A stretch of 64,000 nucleotides of DNA from the human T2T-CHM13v2.0 reference genome, Homo sapiens: assembly GCF_009914755.1 (NCBI RefSeq), contig NC_060932.1. One strand, 5' to 3'. Below, piece after piece: positions 1 through 14,980 of this stretch (the stretch's first letter is position 1; every line of letters begins with the position of its first letter). The position numbers were made by a program, and so were the translations under genes. Under the pieces are notes generated by a model. The model saw nothing but the letters and a program-made list of their open reading frames with translations, was not told the DNA's origin and did no database searches.

Positions 1-1082
1 CTAGGAAGTCTCTTAAACTGTTCATTTCTATAATGGTAAACAGAGGTAGTGATACTTGGCTTAAAGAGACCTTAGATGTTATTGAGAACCAGTGAGATGA
101 AATGTAAAAAAATGGTAACTGCCTCTTCAACATTGAGCAGCAGACTTGGAGCAGATTTTCATTATAATAGGAAAAAAAAATCACATGAGTGCACCCCATA
201 GTTGTAAAAATGTCAGGCCAGTAGATACCTCTTACTCCTGGGGGAATGTTATTAGGGGATTTTTGTTTGTGCTCTGACAAAGGTGGCCCCCTTACCATAG
301 CCCTTGGTGTATAAAACTAGTCCTGAGTAAGGAATTGGACAATTTTGCCAAGAGGGCAAGGAGTCCCTGGAAGGAAAGGGATAAAGTCCTTGGCCCTTCT
401 CTTGTGAGGGTTAATGTCATTAGATACTGATGTATTGAGATGAACTGGACTGAAGTTTGTTGGAAAGAACACTAACGGGGCTAGATTGGAGTTCACCATG
501 GGCATGTCCGGTTTGGTGATCTGAATTCAACATTGGTACTTGGTCAGCATCTCATGGGGAAGGATAGTTCCTTCTAGTAGTTGGCTGAGGGATGAACCTC
601 CACACCAAGCCAGCTGGGCACAGTTTCACTGAGGAATGACAACTGAGCAAGTGCAATGACCTAAAAATACAAGTGAAGACATGACTGTGACCTGTGAGCA
701 GCAAGGACATTTCCAAAACAAGGATGACTGGCCATTGGGCTAGCGAGACCAGTGTTTAGTATGCCTATGAGGTAACTACCAAAGCAATGGTGCTGGTGGG
801 TTCATAGAACTTTCTAGTTATTTCTCCCACCTGGCATTTGGAAGTGTAATTGACCCTTTAGAAGTGAGAAAGGCCCTAGAATGTTGGATCGTCTGGAGAT
901 AGAGTATTGGGAAAGGCCCCAAGAAAGGAATACCAGATTTTCTGTTGGTAAGGTCCTTGGGCCTCAGCAAGTCACTAGAAAAATAAGTGAAACACTATTT
1001 GTACTCTAAGCTGGTGAAGTATACATCCTGGTTAATAATAATAGCCATCATTTATTGGGCACTGTGTGTCTGGCATGGAGAC

Positions 1083-1455
1083 TGTTCTTTGTCTACCAAA
1101 ATTGTTTTCTCTTTCTTTCTAGGCCTGTAACGAGACTTCATTTCACAGCCTACTTTGCATTAGATGTGTTCCTGTGACCACATTCAGAGCAGATATACTG
1201 TGTGGCATTTCTCGGTGTGGGCCTCAGGGCAATAAAAGGATCTCCTCCATGCTCTCCTCCACTGCTACTGGTTGGAACCCCATAGTAATCCAGTTTTGAC
1301 CAGGCAGATGTGAGCAATGTCCTGGAGGATGATGAGCAGCACAAAGGAAGGAACCTTGGTACCTGAAAGACCATGTGGAGCAGGGCTTCCCTGTTACCCT
1401 GAACTGCTACCCTGGAACTGTTATGTGAGAAAAAATAAGATTCTTGCATTTCTCC
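1083..1455 (+). mobile_element. MaLR solo LTR, MLT1I/J-like
   Basis: Motifs 'tttgcattagatgtgttcctgtgacc', 'gaccatgtggagcag' and 3' 'atgtgagaaaaaataa' are typical of old MLT1 LTRs. Confidence 0.65.
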
Positions 1456-1464
1456 AACTATAAT

Positions 1465-1730
1465 GGGCACAAGAATCACCTGGGGATTTGTGACAATGCA
1501 AATCCTGATTAAATAGGTCTTGAGTGGGGCTTGAGATTCTGTATTTCTTACAAGTTCCTAGGTGGTGTTCATGATGTTGGTCCAGTATCTACAGTTTAAG
1601 TTCCTCTCCAAGAAATTCTGATTTAACTGTTTAGAGTGGGGTTCAGGGACATGATGCTAAAAGAAAGCCCCAAATACCAAAAACCTTTCAAGGTGATTCC
1701 AATCTACACCAGGGTTGAGACCCCACTGGA
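1465..1730. mobile_element. MER5A/MER5B (hAT-Charlie) fragments, probably two
   Basis: 'gaatcacctgggga', 'gtggggcttgagattctgtatttcttacaagttcctaggtg', 'ggtgattccaat...gggttgagaccccactg'. Confidence 0.7.
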
Positions 1731-2473
1731 GAAGAGAAACATTTTCTGAGAATGGAAGGATCCAGTTCCTTTCCTGATGTCCTTTGGAGGAGGCAATTCC
1801 TTTGAGTTCTTCCAAGCAGCCTTGCCATCCTACCGTCTCATTAACCTCTTACAGATAATGCTTTTTGTTTCTTGTCTGCCTCTGCTGATAGTACTTGTCG
1901 TCTTCTTGAAACTTCATTTCAGCCAGAAACTTTTTTTGACATATTGATTTGGAATGTTGAGCTTTGTTTTTGAGTAAAATAATTCAACATGGTGATGTAT
2001 AGAGAAGCTGATTATTAGCTGTTCCCAAGATCTGCCTTTGGGGACCATATTTGAGCATTTAGTCTTAAACACTATAGCAGCAGCCTAACTTGAGGTTTCA
2101 GCCTTAAAACAGACAGACACTCATCATTACTGACAGGGATGTTGTAATAATTAAACTATTATTTTGTGCAGTTTCACCTGAAGGTTGCAAAGCCTTAAGA
2201 ACATCTGGTGGCAATTTGTTAGTTATCACATTATTCTGCATTTATTAAGTGTTGATAATGCACTAGGTGTTGTACAGAATGCAATCCCTGCTCCAGAGCC
2301 AAGAGAGAGGGCAAGTATGTCCCAACAAAGAGAAGGTGAGGCTTACAACAGTTGAGGATTTTTCCTAAAAAATCCCTTCTACCTAGGTTAGTTGAAACAT
2401 TGTGATTTTGGAGAAAAGCTCTCATTTGTATAAGTTGTCTCTAGTTTACAAAATACTTTTAGATAATCTAATT

Positions 2474-2635
2474 TATTTATTTTGAGAAAAAAATAAAAAA
2501 CTCTCTTGCCCAGGCTGGAGTTCAGTGGCACAATATAGCTCACTGCGGCTTCGATCTCCTGGGCCCAAGGGATCCTCCCACCTCAGCCTCCTGAGTAGCT
2601 GGGATTACAGGTGCACACCACCATGTCTGGCTAAT
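2474..2635 (-). mobile_element. AluJ right monomer (split by an L1 insertion)
   Basis: Alu antisense 'cccaggctggag...tagctcactgc...ctcctgggcccaagggatcctcccacctcagcc'; outer TSD agataatctaatt (2461-2473) / agattatctaatt (4015-4027). Confidence 0.9.
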
Positions 2636-3868
2636 GTTTTATTTTATTTTATTTTAATTTATTATACTTTAAGTTCTGGGATACATGTGCAGAATGTGCA
2701 GGTTTGTTACATAGGTGTACACGTGCCATGGTGGTTTACTGCATGCATCAACCCGTTATCTACATTAGATATTTCTCCTAATGCTATCCCTCCCCTAGCC
2801 CCCCACCCCCAACTGGCCCCGGTGTGTGATGTTCCCCTCCCTGTGTCCATGTTTTCTGCTTGTTCAACTCCCACTTATTAGTGAGAACATACGGTGTTTG
2901 GTTTTCTGTTTCTGTGTTTGCTGAGAATGATGGTTTCCAGCTTCATCCATGTCCCTACAAAGGACATGAACTCATCCTTTTTTATGGCTGCATAGTATTC
3001 CATGGTATATATGTGCCACATTTTCTTTATCCAGTCTATCATTGATGGGCATTATGGGTTGGTTCCAGTCTTTGCTATTGTGAATAGTACTGCAATAAAC
3101 ATACGTGTGCCTGTGTCTTTATAGTAGAATGATTTATAATCCTTTGGGTATATACACAGTAATGGGATTGCCGGGTCAAATGGTATTTCTGTTTCTAGAT
3201 CCTTGAGGAATTGCCACACTGTCTTCCACAAATGGTTGAACTAATTTATATTCCCACCAACAGTGTAAAAGTGTTCCTATTTCTCCACATCCTCTCCAGC
3301 ATCTGTTGTTTCCTGACTTTTTAATGATTGCCATTCTAACTGGTGTGAGATGGTATCTCATTGTGGTTTTGATTTGCATTTCTCTAATGACGAGTGATGA
3401 TGAGCTTTTTTTCATATGTTTGTTGGCCACATAAATGTCTTCTTTTGAGAAGTGTCTGTTCGTATCCTTTGTCCACTTTTTGATGGGGTTGTTTGTTTTT
3501 TTTTCTTGTAAATTTGTTTGAGTTCTTTGTAGATTCTGGATATTAGCCCTTTGTCAGATGGGTAGATTGCAAAAAGTTTCCCCCATTCTGTAGGTTGCCT
3601 GTTCACTCTGATGATACTTTCTTTTGCTGTGTGGAAGCTCTTTAGTTTAATTGGATCCCATTTGTCAATTTTGGCTTTTGTTGCCATTGCTTTTGGTGTT
3701 TTAGTCATGAAGTCTTTGCCCATGCTTCTGTCCTGAATAGTATTGCCTAGGTTTTCCTCTAGGGTTTTTATGGTTTTAGGTCTTACATTTAAGTCTTTAA
3801 TCCATCTTGAGTTAATTTTTGTATAACATATAAGGAAGGGGTCCGGTTTCAGTTTTCTGCATATGGCT
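2636..3868 (-). mobile_element. 5'-truncated L1PA (about PA7/PA8): 3' UTR plus ORF2 C-terminal remnant
   Basis: 'ttatactttaagttctgggatacatgtgcagaatgtgcagg' is an L1PA 3' end; ORFs 3176-3430 and 3412-3723 are L1 ORF2p pieces ([23 protein letters not shown]; [36 protein letters not shown]); TSD tgtctggctaat at 2624 and 3869. Confidence 0.95.
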
Positions 3869-4012
3869 TGTCTGGCTAATTTTTAAATTTTTTGTGGAGA
3901 CAGGATTTCACCATCTTCCCCAGTCTGGTCTCCAATTCCTGGCCTCAAATGATCCTCCCGCCTCAGCTTCCCAAGGTGCTGGGATTACAGGTGTGAGCTA
4001 CCATGTCCAACT
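3869..4012 (-). mobile_element. AluJ left monomer (continuation of the 2474-2635 Alu)
   Basis: 'gagacaggatttcaccatcttccccagtctggtctcc...gtgctgggattacaggtgtgagc'. Confidence 0.9.
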
Positions 4013-4222
4013 CCAGATTATCTAATTGAATCTTCACTTCAGCCTTGCTACCTTGTGATTTAGTCAGCATCAAGCAATAGAAAACCTGACCCAATAAGGA
4101 AGGTAATACAATAAGGAAAGTTATAGACACATCTAAATCCAGAGGTGTAGTGATCTCAGGGTTTTTCCTATTTTATAACACTTTCTTTCCTCCTCCTCTA
4201 TTTTTATTTGAGCCTCTTTTAT

Positions 4223-4480
4223 CAGTGGTTTCAAACTTTTTTGAGTCATTATATAATGACCCAGTACACAGAAACACTACACACACCCACATATACCCCC
4301 TCTGAATTAAAAGTTTCACTAAACAATACTTATCCTTAGTAGAGTGTAATTCACTCTTCTAGTATAATCTATTGTATATCTTATCCTATCCTGTCCTATC
4401 TTATTCTACTTTTAAAATTCTGGAGAAATATTGGCTACCTTGATTTCATGACCCTTCCATGGATCTCAACCCTTAGCAAA
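4223..4480. mobile_element. MER119-like hAT-Charlie DNA transposon fossil
   Basis: 'cagtggtttcaaact' end, 'gacccagtacac', 'aaaagtttcactaaacaatacttatcctta', 'ttgatttcatgaccc'. Confidence 0.65.
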
Positions 4481-4768
4481 GCTTCCAGGCTCAACCCTCA
4501 GCTGGCTCTTTGGGCCTTGGACTTGGCTAGTCTGCATTCCCTCAACCTCCCCATCCACTACCTGCAATGCAGTAAAGTTTCCAAGTCTTACGCTTCATCT
4601 CCTGGTGATTCTGGCTCCTGCTTTCCCCTGTGACAGTTAGTCAGACACACTGACATTTAGCTCACCACTATGCTAACCATTTTTGTTCTGCCCAATCCTC
4701 TCTGGCCTAAGCCACTGTGAAATAGACTGGTTAGATCTTGTTGGGTCCTCACAGGGCCTTTTGTCACA
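4480..4768 (-). mobile_element. Possible old ERVL-type LTR fragment
   Basis: Ends in 'gtcctcacagggccttttgtcaca' (TGT start on the minus strand); family not certain. Confidence 0.3.
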
Positions 4769-6397
4769 TTTGAGCCTCTCTTGAGTTCTGACACCAATAA
4801 GTCATAAATGAAACAGAGAGAAATGATTATTTTCTAGAACAAAGATAAAAAAACTGGAGCATTACAAAAAGCCACTTCTTTACTTAGATTTCTTTATATT
4901 CAGATGCTCTTTCCTTTTTTATTTCCTTCTCTCTTTGTTACTCTGAATGAGGTGCTCAAGTAAGTGTTTGTCCTATTTAAATAGAGAACCTCATCACCAT
5001 GCATGTTCAGTGTTGGCTTTGCCTGTAGAAGTGTAGATTTGTCCAGAATTTCTGCAGAAATACTGGGTACATGCAGGTTCACCAGCAACTCTCACCCCCT
5101 GAAATCAAGTCCAGTCTAGCTCTTCATAAGTACATAAATCATTTTAGGGAAGGTGAAAGTTCATCTGGTCCAATATTTCTCCTCTGTTTTGCTTTATCTT
5201 AATCCTGTTTCGCTATTTTTTTCACCACGCCCTTAATCTTTGCTGTCTCTAAAAGAAGCATAACTGCCTCTTCTTAACTTTCATAAACTCTGTTAGAAGC
5301 ACTTTCTTCAATAACTTGTTCCATATGTTGCATACATGAGCTCCATCAAGATCCCCCTTCCCCCCACTGCTTCCTCAATTTTGCATGGCATCCATCAGTG
5401 TTTGAATCATTACAAGTAAAGGGGGAAAATACCCTCCAATGCCATCCCAATGGGACCTTTCTCTTTGGCATGTTCAGCATGTCCCATCATTTAGAAGGCT
5501 CTGTGTGGTTTTCTGGAAGTTTTTCTAACCCAGTGAGAAACAGCTGGTTTACCTTCACTGTCCTCTCCTTCTTTCCTTTGAAAGCTCCATATGGCTTGGG
5601 TGATGCCGCCTTGCCCTACTCAGGACAGCTTCCTGGGATGAAGGACAGCAAACACCTCTATCTTCCTTAGAAGGGTCCAACAAGAACTCTGAGTAGACCG
5701 AGGACACCTCTCTGGGTTTCCAGTCAATTTCCTCTGTAAACAAGCGCTCAGATTTTGGCCATTCTTAACTGTAGCTGATGATTTAAAAATATATATTTTT
5801 TCATTTTCTAAATAACTCCACTTATCTCCATTCTAGTTCTTTTTGTGATCTTTGCCCATATTTGACTGTTTCGTGAGACACATACTTAATAGCCAGGTCT
5901 CTGCTCCCAGACTAATTATTTCATTTCTCACTAATAATAATAATAATTACTTTTACTTTTCAGGTGGCTATATCTTTTCCTTGTGATGAGAGTGTTCCTT
6001 TCTGTGCACTAGCAGGCTTTATCATCCTTCACCTCTTTCTACATCTCTGAAACAGGAAAGGTAGCCACTCCCTTCTCCCCTCACTTGCTTTGGGGCCTTA
6101 GTGCCACAGGTGCTAGGAGCTCTCAGATGGTTTATAGGGCCTGGCAGGGCTGCAGTAATGGGGAATCACACTTCATTATTGCTGTTTTCTAAGTCCACCC
6201 TTTTTTAAATGGCTACCAGGACACTGTTTTAGAGTGTTTTCCATGCCTCCCAGGCACAGAACCCCTGTGGATGTGGCCAGCCTATAGAGGCTGTGCAAAG
6301 GCTCATAAGAAAAAAACTGATACCTGGTGAATATTTTGTTACAGCACTAATTTCTTCCTTTTTTTCCCTCTTCCCAATCTTATAAATATGTCACTGG

Positions 6398-7711
6398 AGA
6401 AATGTCTATTCAAGTTCTTAGCCCAGTTTTTTTTTCAAAAGAACCAATATTTTTAAAATAAGTGTACTACACAAACCAATCTATAAATTCAATGCAATTA
6501 TCAAATTACCAATGTGTTTTTTTCACAGAATTAGAAAAAAACAGTGCTAGAATTTATATAAAACCAAGTATGTGTGTAATAACCAAAGCAATTCTAAGCA
6601 AAAAGAACAAATCAGGTTACTTTAAAAAAAAAATTCAGTTGTAGAGGGTTCTGAGGTATTCTGGAGTTTAACCCTGTATCAGATGTATGGTTTGCAAGTA
6701 TTCTCTCTCATTCCATAGGTTGCCTTTTCACTCTCTTACTTGTCTCCTTTGCTGTTCAGAAGCTTTTTAGTTTGATGTAATTGACTTATTTTTGTTTTCA
6801 TTGCCTGTGCTTTTGGTGCCATATTCATGAAATCATTGACTTCTTCCTTATGTTTTCTTCTAGGAGTTTTTATAATTTCAGGTCATAAATTTAAGTCTCT
6901 GACCCACATTGAGTTGATTTTTGTGTATGATAGAGGATAATGGTCTAATCTCTAAAGGAGACACACAAATGGCCAAGTATATTAAAAATGCTCAATGTCA
7001 CTAATCATCAGGGTAGTGCAAACCAAAACCACAATGAAATATTATCTCATACCTGTTAGGGTAGCTATTATCAAAAAACAAAACAAAAGACTACATCTGT
7101 TGGTGAGGATGTGGACAAATTGGAAATCTTGTACACTGTAGGTGGGAATGCAAAATGGTGTAGCTGCTAAGAGAAAGTGTGGAGGTTCCTCAAAAACTAA
7201 AAACTAGAACTACCATATGATCCAGCAATCCCACTTCTGGGTGTTTATCCAAAACAGTTGAAATGAGAATCTTGAAGAGATAGTAGCACTCCAGTGTTTA
7301 TTGCAGCAAAAAAGGTGGAAACAAACTTAGTGTCCATTGAGAGACGGATGAAGAAAATGTATATATATACAGTGGGATACTACTCAGCCTTAATAAAGAA
7401 GGAAATTCTGCACTATATGACCACATAGATGAACCTTGAGTACATAATGCTAAGTACAATAATGAGCCAGTCACAGAAGATTCCACTTGTATGAGATATC
7501 TAAAATAGTCAAATTCAAAGAATCAAAGAGTAGTACGGTAATTACTAGGGGCTGGGGGAAGAGGGAAATGAGGATTACTAATCACTGGGCATAAAAGTTT
7601 AGTTAACAAGACAAATGAGTTCTCAGATCTGTTGTACAACATTGTACCTATAGTCAACAATAATGTATTGTACACTTAATTCATTTTAAGACAATAAAAT
7701 ACATTTAAAAA
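6398..7711 (+). mobile_element. L1MA (about MA9/10) 3' end with inverted 5' segment (twin-priming structure) and an internal extra ORF2 fragment
   Basis: About 6398-6950 is antisense L1, interrupted by a sense ORF2 piece at about 6437-6618; 6950-7711 is a sense 3' end with aataaa and an A tail; degenerate TSD aaatatgtcactgg / agagatgtcattgg. Confidence 0.8.
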
Positions 7712-7885
7712 AGAGATGTCATTGGGTTTGCTCCACAGGTCCCAGTGCCTGTATCTTTTCAAACACTGGCCCCATGCTCTTAGATGTACCTCCACTGTTG
7801 CTGGAGGTACGCCTAAGCTGATGGGGTCACAATGGATTCATCTGGCCCCATGGTGCATTGTTTAAGGGAGGGTCTTCTGTTTGGC

Positions 7886-8131
7886 CTCATAGTGTAGTAT
7901 TGAACTAAATAACCTCTGATGCCATACTGCCTGGATAAAATATCCCAACTCTGCCACTTATTCACTGTGGATCTTGGGGAGGATGCTTAATCTTTTTGCA
8001 TCTCAGTTTTCCTCATCTGTGAAATGGAACTGATAACACCACTCTCCTGAGAATTAGATAAATTAATGCACAGGAGCGCTTAGAAGCATGCCTGCCTCAT
8101 CGTAAGCACCCAACAAATATTGGCTGTTATT
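7886..8131 (+). mobile_element. MIR SINE
   Basis: Core 'ctctgccacttattcactgtggatcttgggga...ctcagttttcctcatctgtgaaatgg' and 3' 'gtaagcacccaacaaatattggctgttatt'. Confidence 0.9.
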
Positions 8132-9413
8132 TGGTACTTTCGTGTTCCAGCTCCATTCTCCAACCCCCCACCCCACTTCTAATAACATTTCCACGAATGG
8201 ACAATTAGGAGAATTCTATTAGGTCTTGGTCTTCTATTAGTAGTTCTATTGATCCTTGAGATTGTGTCATTTTAAAAAAATCTCTGGTTTTATTTTGCCA
8301 ACTTCTGAAATCTGTGCAAAGTATGGATGTAGGATTTTTGCATTTGGAACTCCTCCAGGGGCCCAGGGACCCATGGTAGGGAAAATAAAAGAGGTCTTCA
8401 GAGATGTCTTGTGTCTCCAGAGAAACAGCAGTATTACTTCACCGGTTGACTTAATGGAATCAGTCGGAATCAGCCCCAAGCAACTTTCCCTGCCTAATTA
8501 CCCCATCACCTGTTCAAATACAGCCATTACTTTGGTATTTATTAATTGTGTTGTGATCAGCTTTTAAGGTATGTCTTTTCCTTTTTTTTTCTTTCAGCTT
8601 AGCCAGAATCACATTTTAGGGCAACCAGATTTTAATGATATTGACAGGTACTATAGCTTGACTTTCTAAGCTCTTTCCATACAAACTTAATTTTTGGTTT
8701 TGGTAAGTTTGCGAAATGGATAGCCAGTTTCTAACTCTTGTATGTTTCCCTGGGTGAACTGTCATTTTTATTTTTTGTCAAGTGAGCTACAGGTAAAGCT
8801 TGTGATCATAGCAAAACATGTTTAATACTTTTGATGGAATTGAACACAAAGTTAACTGAATCTTTCACTAAACTGGCAAGTTAATTGAATGAAATGATTA
8901 GTTTGTTAGTTTCTTTGGTCAACTTTGCTGGAATAGTTGGTTGATCTGTTATCATAGAGCCTAGAACAGTTTCACTTCTCCTAGTCCCATGCGAAGTATT
9001 CACTGACTGTGCTTCTTTCCCAAGCAGTACTTGTGTCAAAACACTGCTACCTGAGATATTTTCAGAGACCTTTACATGGACTGTTTTTGCAACTCTTATT
9101 CCATGGGTGAGTCAGTGCAGCAACAGGTCTGTATGGACTCCCAGCAGGTTGTTTCTCTGCCCGGAATCACTTGCCAGATGATTTTAATGTTGAAGGGCAA
9201 AACTTAGCATTGGTTTGTGGCCCTTTTTAAAAACTCAACAAGCAGAACAAATACCAATTCTATAGGGACTTGGGGGCAAGAGAAGTCTCAGAAGCTGGCC
9301 CATTTCTCAGTTTGGGTCTGCTAGTGAGGCAGGGCTTAAGGTTAACTCAGTCCTTATAGGTACAGGACTGTCTCTTAGTTTTACAGTCTTCAACATTTTA
9401 TTAACTTCCAGGC

Positions 9414-9696
9414 AGTAATAATAACTACCATATAACCCTTACTGCAGGTAGGCACTACTTGAAGTACTTTAGATGTATTACTCAATTTAATGTTCTCAAC
9501 AGCCCTATGAGGTAGGCTCTGTTAATTATCCCACTTTACAGATGAGGAAACAAAGTGCCTCAGAGAAATGAGGTTTTTGCCTGAGGTCCCATAGCAAGTA
9601 AGTGGCAGTATATAAGGTTTCAGAGCAAGTGTGGACAGAGCCAGGATTTAAACCTAGGCAGCCTGGCTCTGGAGTCATAACTGCTATACTGTACTG
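9414..9696 (-). mobile_element. MIR SINE
   Basis: 'aacagccctatgaggtagg...cccactttacagatgaggaaac...gagccaggatttaaacctaggcag'. Confidence 0.9.
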
Positions 9697-9949
9697 AGGG
9701 ACTGCCTTAAATCATGCTGAAACCAGAGTGGAAATGGATTTCTTTACAATGACGGGTATAATAACTATGATAATAAATATTGGTTATTTTCTCTGATCAC
9801 TGTCTCCCAGTGAATGAATCTACTGGAAAGTCCAAATCATTGATTAATTGTTGCTAGCTGAGAATACAACCTGAACAAAGACAGTAACAAATATTCATTG
9901 GATTGGAGGGGTAAGGAAACAGGGGACATCATTACTTTTTCTGGGCTCC

Positions 9950-10409
9950 AGGTCACACGGCCTCAGCCTGATTTTTCAGAGGCACATCAGAACTTGGAGC
10001 TGAGGAGTGAGGACCAAGTCTTGCCCCATGAAGTCTCAGGTCCGTGCCAAGAGTCTGGGGCACCATTACTAGCCCCACCCTGGGCAACAAGCCACGAGGG
10101 AGCCAAGGCGAGAAGCCAAGAGAATCGAGAAGCATGTGTGATGAGGAGACTTCAAGCTGGCCCTGGGGAGGCATCTGGAGGAATTTCCTGAGCTGGAGTC
10201 CAGAATTTGCCATAGGTTTTTACGTGTGCCTCTGGTGTGGGATCCTTGGGATAGTTAAAGGGGCTACATAGGAGGAGACTTGTTTCTAGGACGCTGAGGA
10301 AGCTGGATGGATTACCCTGTCTCCTTCCAGGGCTGTGTCTAGAACTCTGACAGCGGTCGCAGAATCAGACACCTTCTGTCCTGGGTGGATCATAGTCACA
10401 ATTATAACA
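9950..10409 (-). mobile_element. Possible ancient LTR (unclassified)
   Basis: GC-richer island ending '...cacaattataaca' (TGT start on minus); family not recognised. Confidence 0.25.
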
Positions 10410-10437
10410 TTCCTTAATCTCAAATTCCTTAAAAAAA

Positions 10438-10735
10438 TCTTTTTATTTTGAAATAGCCATAGATTCACAGCGGGCTGCCAGAATGGTTCAGAAAGGTGCT
10501 GTACACCCTTAATTCATTTCCGCCAGTGGTCACATCTTGCCTAACTAGAGTACAATATCAAGCCAGGAAATCGACATTGGTGCAATCCACAGATCTTTTG
10601 CAGATTTCACCAGTTTTACATGCACTTATTTGGGTGTGTGTGAATAGTTCTATGCAATTTTATCATGTGTGGATTTGTGTGTTCACCATCACAATCAGGA
10701 TACAGAACTCTTCTATCATCACAAAGGTCCTTGAA
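10438..10735 (-). mobile_element. L1MC/L1MD 3' end fragment
   Basis: 'tttattttgaaatagccatagattcacag', 'agccaggaaatcgacattggtgcaatccacagat', 'gatttcaccagttttacatgcac'. Confidence 0.8.
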
Positions 10736-10944
10736 TTCCTTTTAAAAAGGAAACATCCACTTCTGAGAGCACTATTACCTCATGCTGCTAAGATGTAATT
10801 GAGGTTACAGTCTCCTTTATATCTTTTGCATTTCATTAATATTTTTGTGTGACTACATCCTGCTTATCTCACAGACATAACAACATTTGGGTCCTTTTGA
10901 CTGGATTACGAAGTTATGTTGCTTTCATTTTCAGCTCACCCTTA

Positions 10945-11058
10945 GGCAAGCCATGTAAGGAGGTGGAGGATAAGTCTCTCTTGTTTACCACTCTATACCC
11001 CGCATCTAGAACAGGGATTAGCACACAGCAGATGCCCAATAAACATTTCTGAAAGGAT
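10945..11058 (+). mobile_element. L2 3' end
   Basis: 'cttgtttaccactctataccccgcatctagaacagggattagcacacagcagatgcccaataaacatttctgaa'. Confidence 0.75.
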
Positions 11059-12269
11059 TTAACCCATTATATCTTGATTCTTAGTACTTAACATTCTCAG
11101 TGAGTGTGTGTCCCCCAACCCTGTACAGTTCTGTCCCAGCTACTGATCTTGATTTTGAGTCAGATTCAATCCTAGAACTTTCACTGCATTGTCTTTTTTA
11201 AATGGATTATTGACCATAATGGACTACTTTGTGCTTTTAACAAAACTGAAGCTAAAAATTGTTTAGCCTAGAAGAAATGTCTTTGACAAATATCTGTGGG
11301 TACAGCTTATGCCTGCCCCCCTCCCCATCTGCCTGCTAACCTGTTTCTTCTTACATCTCTTCATTTTATCGGGCTAAAACATCTACCAATTCAATGACAT
11401 TCAGGCACCACCCCCACTGTCCCAAAATTTAAGTTCTCATGAAAATCTCATTAGCAGAGAGAGGTGGAGCAAATTGAGCCTCATCTGTTTGAGTTTCATT
11501 GTACCTGCTGCACATCGAGCAGCTGGCCACATGGGTCAGAGCTTATTCTCATGACTGCACCAGGGTTACTTTGTGGTTATTGAGAGGCCCAGTGACAGTG
11601 ACTGCTAGTTGCAAAGGGAAACTTGCAGGGAAAAGGTGGAAGGAGTAAGGGAGTAGTGACTTGTGTATGTGCCAACAAGGGGCAGGCATCAGATGTTCAA
11701 ATGGGCACTGGTTAAACTGTCATTCAAACTAAATTTTTGTTCTCGTATTTCCAGTTTGGACAGAGCCATTCCCTTTTTTTTTTTGTATTCTGAGGTTTGA
11801 CATTGGATTTGTTACCTTGAAATTCTATAATGTGTTAATTCTCGTGGATTCTTCCTTTGACACAGTCTTAATCTAATGCTTGGAATCTTGAGACAGCGTT
11901 CTTTCAGAAACTACCCTCCCTGCCCACATCCTCATCCATACTGCATATTATTTCCAATTTAACCATTAAAATACCTGGCTTTAATCAAAAGCCTAAGGCT
12001 GCCCCTTGGATCAAATCAAGTCCAAACTCCTGCCATCTCCTGCTCTCCTCTTGAAGCTGACTGCTCACCATTAGCCCAGCATTCCTTCCTTCAGGCTAGT
12101 CCAGGCTTCTTATGAAGGACCCTGAGTGTAGTCACTTGTATTTCTGTCTTCACGCCTTTTAGCTTGTGTCATTGGGGCCTGTATGTGCCTTTGGCTGCCC
12201 CCTTCACACAACATCTGACTCCTACTAATATGTCCACCAAGGAGGCACACAACAGGCAGTGGTTAAACA

Positions 12270-13515
<1,246 letters not shown>

Positions 13516-14164
13516 TTAGATAGATATGCACTTAAAAACAGAAGGAAAAAAATTTAAAAGTTATAAGAATGATCCCAAATTAGCAAAATGGACTTTTACT
13601 TTGTGCTTATCTCTATGACATGACATCTCACATGGTTTTGCTCTCCCACTTGGCTGGGAGTTTCTTGTCTGTGTGTTGTGTGCTTAGCATATTTGTTGTG
13701 TAAATGAATAAAGGAAGAACTGTGAAGCCCCAACTTTGGTTTAAATAATAAACAGATAACAAATAATTAACAGACCGGCAGAAATTCAGTCTTTTAGGAA
13801 TTAACAGGGAGAATTATTCAGTAGCTTTCAAGCTCAAAACACTCCAAGAATGTGACATGGCTGCTAGAAAATGTCGTACAATATTAGGGTGCATTATTTA
13901 GAGTCCAGCTCAAAGTGGGAATAAGCTTTTGTAATTTGCACAGGCTTGAAGACTGTATAGGCTCTATAGTCTTGTATAGTCTTCAGATCCACAAAAGATG
14001 AGTACACTCTATTGCTTATATGACCAGTGTTTCTTATGTTTTAAATCAGCCGATGGATCTTTTAGAAAAAGAGGAGGTTCTTGTTGCTTACTTATTATGG
14101 TCATCTATGAGCACCTAGTCAGTGATGAAACCTGAAGGAAGTGGAAGTAATCACTTGCCACTAG

Positions 14165-14980
<816 letters not shown>

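Noticed and set aside
3176-3723. ORFs with clear protein similarity
   Set aside because: Frameshifted L1 ORF2p remnants of a truncated L1PA, not host genes.
8598-8647. Possible 50-nt exon (tttctttcag|...gacag|gtact)
   Set aside because: Weak donor and no supporting frame or neighbouring exons; cannot be told apart from chance.
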